This document shows, piece after piece, positions 55,401 through 64,000 of a DNA stretch of 64,000 nucleotides (position 1 is the stretch's first letter; every line of letters starts with the position of its first letter). Source of the stretch: Paraspadella gotoi. Lineage: Eukaryota; Animalia; Chaetognatha. The stretch is from positions 4,106,931 through 4,170,930 of the forward strand of contig CM119266.1 in assembly GCA_051294375.1 (NCBI GenBank), written 5' to 3'. Made by a program: the position numbers and the translations under genes. The notes below the pieces were generated by a model that was given only the letters and a program-made list of their open reading frames with translations, made no database searches and was not told where the DNA came from.

Positions 55401-58400
55401 TAAACATTAAAATATCATCTTATGGCAACAAGCCGGGTTGCCTGTGATACCCATTGGGATGGGGCATCTCACTGTTGGCTTTGGGGGCTTCCGACCCTCA
55501 GTGACGCCTCCAGTCACTGGCGCGGCCACCCTAGGACGGTCTCGCTTTGCCAACGCAGAGGGAAGTCGCTAGGACTGTGGATGGAACACTACGCCTGGGA
55601 TGGTGTGTTCCCCCTCTGAGCCAATGGATTTGGCTGACGGATGGTGGACGTGAGGCGGTATGAATATACCGCCACAGGATCCCCGGGCCAAGACATCACT
55701 CAGGTTCCTCAAGCCTGAGAGGTGTCTGACAAGACTGTTACCATAGTGGGAGAGAGAGAGAGAGCGCGAGTTGTGGGGGCATAGGCGTTTGTCGTAGCGT
55801 ACCCCAGGGGCATAGGCGTTTGTCGTAGCGTACCCAAAGTCGGCAGGGCATAGGCGTTTGTCATAGCGTACCCTGAGAAGGTTGCGTGTTCGATAGTAGG
55901 GCTCACCACTTATGGACGACACAAGTTTCAGATCAAGAATGATTTATTCTTCAACAAGGTTATAAACAATAACAGTCAAAATGCTCAGATGCTAAGTCTA
56001 TTACAATGGTATTTACAAAGGTCAACGATTTGACCACATATAAACTGGGGGAACCGAGCGGGGTCAGGTTGTTAAGGTCAAGTGGTTTGACCGAGGTTGC
56101 GTGTTCTATATGTTTCGTCCACAATATAACATATTTTATAAAAGTTTCTTAGTTTTTTACAGCGAATCCAAATCAGTTCTTAAAAATAAAAAAAAAATTA
56201 TTTTGAAATTTGACGATTTTATAAGGATATTACTACATAAATAATTGAATTTGCTATACTGTTATGCTAAAAATTTTTTTAAAAGGATTTAAAATTTATT
56301 AATTATATGTCCATAGGCAGCAAAAAAATAATGTTCAATCACTCAATCTTTTCATCACTCCACCCTATTGTGCAATAATATCTTTAATTCTAGCTTAATT
56401 CCTAGTAGAATTCTAAGGTTAATTCTTTTAAAATAGATACAACCAATATAAAAATTATCCATTCATTTAATAAATAACCCCTGACTTTGGACCGGTTATC
56501 TTATCTTAAATAATTTATCTCTTAATCAGGAATTAAAGAATCAAGAGGAAACCTCGGTTCCCCGTCATCTTCGTGGAGGCCCCGACTTCGAGGAAGGACC
56601 TCACAGCGCCCTCAACGAAGAAGAGTTCTTCGACGCCGTCGACGCCGCCCTCGATCAGTACGAGCAGCAAGTTCAACTTCAAGACAGGTTTGTCATTCAA
56701 TCTTACTTCCCCCTTTTCTCATTTCTTTCTAATTCTGGGAATTTCCCTTTAATTCCGCGGGTGCTCGCCGAGTAACTTTATTAAGTCACTTTATGATCGA
56801 TTGGTCGGTGTGTTGATAATATATTAGTTTAAATAATATTATGTAATCAGAAAGTCAATATGGAATAGTTTGTTTGATACAAACTTGATTTTAATTATTT
56901 TTAAAACATCGATTAACTATATATATTTTTAATTGTAGTACATGTAATAAAATAGCCATCTCTCATTCTTCTTCTTCTTCAGCTCAAAGCAGTCGAATCA
57001 AGCGACGCTGAAATCCGTGAGAAACTCGACTCGCGCTCCCAAAGAAAAACCTTCCATAGACTCTTACTTCGAAAATCCGTTGGCGAAGGAAGATTCTCAC
57101 TACGCGGAGATCGATAAGACGGCGGAAGAGCACGTCAAGTACGCCAAGTCTTCCGTCCACGGAGGTAGGAACGCGGCGTTTGAAGGATAGTCGTCGCAAG
57201 TTTGGTGCTAACATATGAATTTTAAATTCAGAATTCCAACCAACGAAGGAAGTAGGCGTGGTTTATTAAGGGAGAAATAGGAGGAGTTTTATTGACATAA
57301 GAACACGTTGGGATGTTGATAATTAACATACGAAATATGTAGATTATGCAGAGAAAAGGCAGGCAATAAACAATATAACAAATAGTCCATAAGGAGTTTG
57401 ATGTTTGTTTCTTGAAGGTAAGTTGAAGAGTGATCTAGTTCCCTCTCTCGTTTCTCTACCGTCGGTTTCCTGAGTGAAGCCTCCTCTCTGATTGGTCAAT
57501 CAGAAGAAAAGACGGAGAAGCCAAGAATAGATGGCAAGATAGACAAGCCACTTGATAATCCATTCTCTGCGTTGCAACAATGACTATTAGTTTATATTTT
57601 TTTGAATCAGACCTAAACCTTATACGTCAATTTACTATTGATAGCCGTTAGGTTCAGTAACCCTAATTAATGAATAAGAATTAAGACAATCTGCCCTCCT
57701 CCTCTAGATTATTTGGTTGAAGTTTATATCCTTTAGCTAATTTTGTCAATTATACACCGTGAGTGACGCTTGTGGCGGAAAAAAAATACTTAAATTTTAA
57801 AAACATGATATTTTTGAATATAAAATTGAGCTTAAGAGGAGTTTTAACATCGGCAGATTTGGAGTGGCAACTGATCGCGGAGGACGGAGAAATGAAAGTC
57901 TACGTTCGCGAAGTTGAAGTAGATGGAGTCGTGTGCGACCCAATTAAAGCCACGCACACCGTCCACGGAGTCACGGCAAGGTTAAAAAAAAATGTTTAAA
58001 TTAATCCAAAAAACAATATATATTCTTATTTTTCTCCATTTCGCTTTTTCTGCAGGGAAATGTGTCACTATTTTTTCGATCCATCCATTCGACTCGAGTG
58101 GGAGGTCACGTTGGAAGTAACTAATAAGATTGTTCACTTGGGAGACGACACCGTCATCTCACATCAGGTTTATTATTATGATTCGCTTAATGTACAATTA
58201 AGATTAACAATTATCTTAATGTTTATCATCCTCCTTATTCACTCGAAGATACACAAACGCGTTTGGCCGGCGGCGCAAAGAGATTGCGTCTTTTTATCGC
58301 ACATGAGACCCTTGGCCGACGACCAGGTCGAACCCCCGGACAAAGGTATCATTATTTATCTTTATTTATTTCTTCTCTTTCAATAAATTAAGTAGTAAAA

Positions 58401-58922
58401 ACGATTTTATAACGTCTCTAGGGACATTCTTCTTTCCGGGTCACCCATGGCTCGTGGTCAATTTCTCGGTGGATGAACCGGAAGTGCCGCTCGCCTCCCG
58501 GACGCGCGCTCGAGTTCACGTGTCGTTATTGTGTCAAACGGAAGTTATTAACGCCAAGCCCGGTGAGTGATGAGCCATTAATCTGGAAGATTTCGAATCT
58601 ATAACCCGAGACCAAAAAATATTTTACATTTATTTCGAAATAACTCCCGAATGTAATCTAAACTTTTTAGGAGAACCGATCACGAGAGATAAATTACGAT
58701 GTAAAATTGTTTATCAATCTTACGTGAATCCTGGAGGATGGGTTCCTGCTTCCGTTTTAAGGTAGAACTTCTCGTTGCCTAATTATTTTCAAATGACTGT
58801 TTTACTAATCTATTGTCATTTTAATTTTCAGGGCGGTTTATAAACGCGAATATCCAAGATTTGTGAAACGATTCTCACAATACGTTATTGACCAAACCCA
58901 TGATAAACTCATTCTGTTTTGA
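52435..58922 (+). CDS. CERT1: Ceramide transfer protein (PH - SR motif - FFAT - START), spliced
   Basis: PH domain: [29 protein letters not shown]...GCRGAI...[12 protein letters not shown] motif: [19 protein letters not shown]. Also [26 protein letters not shown]: EEEFFDAV (~56617-56640). START domain: [13 protein letters not shown]...[11 protein letters not shown]...[28 protein letters not shown]...ILF*. Confidence 0.97.
55031..56367. mobile_element. hAT-like non-autonomous foldback element in a CERT1 intron
   Basis: Ends are tagagtggag ... ctccacccta. The exact 8-bp TSD ttgtgcaa is at 55023-55030 and 56368-56375. The internal inverted arm tgtagtaatatccttataaaa (55171) pairs with 56217-56237. 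Confidence 0.85.
55421..56123 (-). mobile_element. LTR-retroelement fragment (LTR 55911-56123, PBS-like site and leader) nested in the hAT element
   Basis: On the minus strand, the inverted termini are TGTGGACGA...TCGTCCATA with an internal AATAAA. These are followed by TGGTGAGCCC (PBS-like) and three ~30-bp tandem repeats. The segment is GC-richer than the host element. Confidence 0.55.
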
Positions 58923-59494
58923 TATATTTCGATTTGTTGTGCCGATTGAAAATTCTAGTCGTTAAATATTGTATGTACACATGCCTTCGGAGTCTAAATT
59001 GCATGCCATTCACGATGTCTTTGGTTTTTAATGACAGTCGGATTGTACTCTCTTGCACGTACACTAGCGGTCATATGATATATGATTGTATCCAAAATTT
59101 AAAAAGAAATTGGAACCAAATTGTTAGTTGACGTTACGACTCGATCGATCCTAAACGAGTTGTATGTGCAAATGTTTACATCATTACTGCTTCCGATCCA
59201 ACATGACATTTCGGGCGTATAAACTAAACTTAAAGAAATACCTCTTCTATTAACACCAAACTTAGCGTAGTATTGGCGGGAAAGGTTCTTCAAAATCCTG
59301 TTCCCTTATACATTGTGCAAAACGACTTGAAGCGTTAAATGTTTTTCTATTTTTTGCTTTATTCCGTTTTTGTGATCGCAGCAAAAAAAAAGCAAAACAA
59401 TTTTTTCTTCTTATTATTTTTTATTCAATTCCTTTTCAGTTGAAACATGAAGAGATTTCCCTCATTTGCCCCCAAAAACCCTCCGTGAATCACG

Positions 59495-60745
59495 ATGGCC
59501 AATCGCGGGTCGACCCTGGCCTCGACGGCCAATCGCGGGTCGACCCTTGCCTCAACGGCCGCTCGTATCGCCTTACTTCTCGCCTTAACAGTGAGCCTCA
59601 GCCTCGCCCGTTCCAAGAAGCGGGAGACGGCTGTCGGGCTTCGATCCACCATCAACTTGCCCTGCGTCGTAGCCGACGAAAACGACGACCTGGAATTCCT
59701 CTCCTGGTTCAAACGGCCCTCCAAACCAATCTGGCAGGCCTACAACAAGTTCACCTCGGAATCTTGGGACAGTTCCAAGTACGGACTCACAGGACTCTAC
59801 GATCTCGTCATTCACGACGTCGACTTCAAAGACGCCGGCGAATATCGCTGCGTGCGGGAAGACGAGACGACGGGAGATCGAGACGTCGTCCGTTGGTCGG
59901 TCCACGTCCTCGGTCGACCTCGATGCCACGTCGCCTCGCCAGAGGGCAGCTTCGTCCGCGTCGGCGAGGAAATCTCCCTCGAGTGCAACCTAAACTTTTC
60001 CGGGAGTTCGAGACGAAAGCCGCGCGTGGATTGGCAAACGTCGGGGGTCAATCTGACTCTGGGCGATTTTGAGGAAAAAGGTGAAAAGTGGGTGAGGAAC
60101 AGTTTGAGTCTCGAGGTGACGGAGAAGGACGTGGGACGAAAGTATCTCTGCCTCGGGCGTCATCAGAGTTGGAACATGTCTTTAGACCCCGTGCCCGGAT
60201 GTCCCATCGTCATCCAACCCATCAAAGTGGGTCTCTTCATGGATCCGAGCTCTTGGATCGTCTGCCTCGTCATCTTCGTCGTTTTGGCCGCGGTGCTGCT
60301 CTGCGCCTGGTGCGTCCGCTGCTGCAAGAAGCGGCGAATGGAGAGAGAGAAGAGAGAAGAGAAAGAGTTGCGCGCAGCCTCGACCAACATCCCCTTCGTC
60401 TACGGGATGGGCGGACCTTCGATGAAGGATTTTCAATCTCAAGCCACTTCGGTGAGATTAAAGAAAAACGGTCAATCTGCAACGGAAACTGTTTTGGAAC
60501 AAAACGGATCAGTCAATCGTGAGGCGGAGCAACAGTCGCGCCCTCCCGTGCCGGAGGGCGCGCCGATTTTTGAAGGAAAAGACGTCCTCGCGGCCGTATC
60601 AGCGGCGCAGCCACCGCAGCCGCCTCAGCCCGTCAAACCAGAAGGCAGCAAAAGCCCCAACCTGCGATCGTCTAAGGAGAGACAAGGCCACGCCCACCGA
60701 ACGTCCCCCCGACAAGTCACGTTCAAACAAGAAGGGCGGCAGTGA
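59495..60745 (+). CDS. Intronless type I membrane protein with two Ig domains (V-like and C2-like)
   Basis: Signal peptide RIALLLALTVSLSLA; Ig1 LPC...LSWFK...DAGEYRC; Ig2 ISLEC...VDW...DVGRKYLC; TM WIVCLVIFVVLAAVLLCAWCV followed by RCCKKRR; 416 aa. Confidence 0.9.
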   Translation: MANRGSTLASTANRGSTLASTAARIALLLALTVSLSLARSKKRETAVGLRSTINLPCVVADENDDLEFLSWFKRPSKPIWQAYNKFTSESWDSSKYGLTGLYDLVIHDVDFKDAGEYRCVREDETTGDRDVVRWSVHVLGRPRCHVASPEGSFVRVGEEISLECNLNFSGSSRRKPRVDWQTSGVNLTLGDFEEKGEKWVRNSLSLEVTEKDVGRKYLCLGRHQSWNMSLDPVPGCPIVIQPIKVGLFMDPSSWIVCLVIFVVLAAVLLCAWCVRCCKKRRMEREKREEKELRAASTNIPFVYGMGGPSMKDFQSQATSVRLKKNGQSATETVLEQNGSVNREAEQQSRPPVPEGAPIFEGKDVLAAVSAAQPPQPPQPVKPEGSKSPNLRSSKERQGHAHRTSPRQVTFKQEGRQ

Positions 60746-62161
60746 TCATCCGAAGGTGCGGACGAAGACGACGACGACGACGAGGAGGACCAACCAAGTC
60801 CGCCTGCCGTCTACACGGGAAAACTTCCTCCTCGTAAAGCGAGAAATCCTCCCCTAGGTTCGTACAGGGGTCGCTCCATCGGACGAGGAGGGGGTTTCCC
60901 GCCAAGGACGGACAAGCGGGCGGGCCCACCGCCGCCGCACCAGGGATGGCCACCGCCGCCGCCGCCGATGGTCGGAGGCATGACGATCACGATGGGACCG
61001 GACGGAACGGCGCCGTCGCCCGGCGCCAATGTGACGATCACGAGAGCGAGCAGAATCGCGGAGGGAGACGGAGACGACGAAGGACTCCGCCCATGGGACG
61101 ACGAGGGCGTGACGGCGTCGAAATTCTCCTCGCGTATTTCTGAAGAGATGTTGGCGGCCGACATCAGAGAAACGAGCATCAACTGCGAAGGAAACGAAGA
61201 AGAAAGAATTTATCCTCCGCCGATGAAGAAAAATATAGATCCACTCATCGATAGCGTCAACGAACAGTTGGTCAGCATCGAGGAAATTCTTAATCAACAA
61301 AACAAAAATAGATCAGACAAATCAGTCGAAGCCAGAGACGATGATGATGATGATGATTCCGACGTCGTTTCGACCCGCGACGCTGGAACCACGCCGCCCC
61401 CGCAGTCGCCGCCGCAGCTGCTGACCGAAAACGACGCGATCGTTCTCCCGACGGTCGTGACTCGCTCAATGTCCGACGACAATCTCTTCGTCGGACGTCC
61501 TCGACATTATTTGGAGGAAGACGACGACTTCGCCAGATTCCAACTTCAATTCTCTCGACGATTCGAAGACGATGAAGAGTCGCTGGAAGAGAGTCGCGTC
61601 GCCACGCCCCCTTTTCCCCTCGACCTGGACGAATTCGGCAACGAATGTTCCCGATACGACGATCCGCTCAGCGCCGACGATCAAATCTACACCGACGAAG
61701 ACGACGAGTTGCCAGACGACGATCTCCGTCGAGACATCGAGGCATTGAGGAGAACCAAAGCTCGTTACGACGCTTTCTTCGACGAGATCAGTCGATCTCT
61801 CTACGACAGCGGGAACGCCTCTCTCGGTCCCGCAGCGCAGCGCGGCGGCAGCACCGCCTCCAACACCCACCACGACGTCTCCACCGCCAGTTTCTCGAGC
61901 GGAACGCGGGACGACAGCCTCGAGGACGCGTTGGACTCGGCGGAAGGAAAACGAAAAGATCGAGCGAGAAGAATTATGCAGACGAGAACGGGGAGTTACG
62001 AGGAGAGGCTGCTCGAGGATCTCGACGGCGTCAGGTCGGAATCCAAGAGGAATTCTCTGGAGATGAAATACAAGTTACCAGGATTCTGTCGGGACGCCCA
62101 CGTCACAACGGGATCTCTGCCCGTCAACACTTCCGAGTTTCTTTACGACGGGCAGTTTTGA
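60746..62161 (+). CDS. In-frame 471-codon acidic/proline-rich continuation of the Ig-protein ORF (includes ORF 60968-62161)
   Basis: Same frame as 59495, with no stop from 60746 to the TGA at 62159-62161. It has the same GC-rich codon style as exons of neighbouring genes and reads SSEGADEDDDDDEEDQPSPPAVYTG...PPPPPPMVGG...EFLYDGQF. Confidence 0.8.
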   Translation, partial: SSEGADEDDDDDEEDQPSPPAVYTGKLPPRKARNPPLGSYRGRSIGRGGGFPPRTDKRAGPPPPHQGWPPPPPPMVGGMTITMGPDGTAPSPGANVTITRASRIAEGDGDDEGLRPWDDEGVTASKFSSRISEEMLAADIRETSINCEGNEEERIYPPPMKKNIDPLIDSVNEQLVSIEEILNQQNKNRSDKSVEARDDDDDDDSDVVSTRDAGTTPPPQSPPQLLTENDAIVLPTVVTRSMSDDNLFVGRPRHYLEEDDDFARFQLQFSRRFEDDEESLEESRVATPPFPLDLDEFGNECSRYDDPLSADDQIYTDEDDELPDDDLRRDIEALRRTKARYDAFFDEISRSLYDSGNASLGPAAQRGGSTASNTHHDVSTASFSSGTRDDSLEDALDSAEGKRKDRARRIMQTRTGSYEERLLEDLDGVRSESKRNSLEMKYKLPGFCRDAHVTTGSLPVNTSEFLYDGQF

Positions 62162-63902
62162 TAAGACAGTACGGGATCGATTTTTAATTATAACGGAAAA
62201 AAAAATTACTCATTTATAATTGTATTATTCTTAAATTTATTAATCAAGCGCTAATTTTATGCGGGTGCTTTTTTACCGGTATCTGCTAAAAGTCCTACAG
62301 ACAACTTGTAATCGACAAACGACTTATTTTTAAAATTTTTACTCACGTTACATTTACAATTATAGGGTTTTACGCCTTTTTCTTTAGTTAGGTCAGTAGT
62401 TATAGCCTTTCAAGAACGCCGCTAATAAGTTTTAGATACATGGTGCTTGTAATGAATACCTTCCATTTCATCTGCAATTGCTCTTGCTAGATTTTCCAGT
62501 GATTTCATATTTTTTTGGTTTGTTATAATTTCCGTAGGATTTATGAGAGTTTTCATAATTACCAAAAGTAAATCTCATCCAATGTGCCGCGAGGGTCTCT
62601 TTGAACTAATATAATCTTAAAATAACATTGAAAAGAAATTTGCTTGATAAACTTATATAAATCGAGTCTTTTGTCAAAATTTTAAATTCCGATCTTTTTA
62701 TTTTCTTTGTGCAGTAGTTTTTTCTTGTTCCCCTTCCCTTACTAATTATTTTCATTCTTTATTGTGATCTTCCGGTGAAAAATTTTCCTGTTAGAACCTG
62801 CATTTCTGCATCTTTAATGACTTCCATTAGATCCTTCTATTCGGCATTAATGTCCAGCAGGCATTTGTGGTTTTTAGCTGTGTGTGTCACACGTTTTTGT
62901 GTCTGTTTTTTCATCTCGTAATGACTAATTATTTTCAAGTATTTACTGGGATTTTAAAATAGATTTTGTGCGATACCAAAGCTAAACTTTATAGTGAGCC
63001 TTGCGCAGATATTTTTTATTAACAACCGTTTCTATAAAAATTAGCTTACATAAAAATGCTTTATAGATTATTACAGACTATATATACAAAGTTTGGCACA
63101 AAAGGATTAAATTATACAGTATACATTATACGATTTTATGTAACGCATTTACAAAATTCAATTTTTACAATCGTCTTCATACGTACATTTGCAACATTTT
63201 TTTATAGCTGAAAAAGCTGATATTTCAGCTTTGGTAAACCATTTTCGTGGGTTGACATGGTTCTTTCACACGTTGTTTGTAGGTTGTTAGTTTGTACCAT
63301 TTTCATGTTAATGATATTTATTGTTTAATGATTTTAGGTACAATTGGATACGCTAACGTCCTATTTAGTATACGCTCATAACAGCTATTTATTTTACGAA
63401 TATTAATTATTTTCAATGATCTCTGCTGCCTCTGTACTGTTATTTTTAAGTTGTCCATATTTATAGTCGTTACATTTTTCCATCAAAACATCTGCCACGA
63501 ATACAATCACTTTCATTAAAACAAATTAAAGTAATTTAAAATAAATTTGATTTACTATTTTGTTACTATATTAAATGAATATAATTAAATATACGACCGT
63601 AATTACAATTTTTAGTGCTTTAAAACTGAATGAGATCAAAAGGACCTAGTATTTGAAATCATATTGATTTTAGTTTATAATTATAAATTGTCATTTTATT
63701 CTTAATGATCTCAACTTGGTGCTTATTCGCCACGTTATTCTATACTCATATTATATTCGATAATCGATACTTTTGGCCCCAAATTTCGGTTCAATCGGTG
63801 CTCGAATTGTCTGCACAATTCGAACGAGTAAAATTTTTATACAAATTTTTCATCCTTACATCTAAACTTTTTATCTAGTTATGTGATATTGTCAAAAACA
63901 AA

Positions 63903-64000
63903 ATGGTGGACGAAGAGGTTTTACCATTGGATCGACAGAGGGTGTCTCGCCCATCGTCGACGATCAACTCCGTCTCTTCGGACACTCTTCCCGCTCTTCA
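63903..64000 (+). CDS. Possible first coding exon of the next gene (truncated by the window edge)
   Basis: aaaATGG context; open frame MVDEEVLPLDRQRVSRPSSTINSVSSDTLPAL; abrupt rise in GC content. Confidence 0.35.
   Translation, partial: MVDEEVLPLDRQRVSRPSSTINSVSSDTLPAL

Overview
This is eukaryotic (animal, invertebrate-type) genomic DNA, rich in introns and in GA/CT microsatellites. It is not prokaryotic, and most entries in the ORF track are repeat-derived artefacts. Genes reconstructed by hand from exons: hedgehog (+; exon 2 and Hint-domain exon 3, exon 1 not found); DNAI7/CASC1 (+; about 24 exons); a soluble ZU5-UPA-Death-domain gene with an HFS autoproteolysis motif (-); RBM17/SPF45 (-); CERT1 (+); an intronless 2-Ig type I membrane protein (+); and possibly the start of one more gene at the right edge. 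The first ~22 kb is low-quality assembly, with three 25-N gaps, an indel-ridden inverted duplication and a ~7 kb tandem duplication that includes hedgehog exon 3. Main observations: (1) the Ig-receptor ORF and the downstream acidic ORF share one reading frame separated by a single TGA, a stop-codon readthrough candidate giving 416 aa versus 888 aa; (2) a phase-consistent 7-exon, 184-codon Lys-rich cassette is inserted in DNAI7; (3) the self-cleaving ZU5-DD gene starts only ~200 bp after the RBM17 stop; (4) AAG acceptors without pyrimidine tracts are frequent; (5) there are hAT-type foldback elements with 8-bp TSDs, one carrying a nested LTR fragment. Gene identities rest on remembered family motifs; no database search was run.
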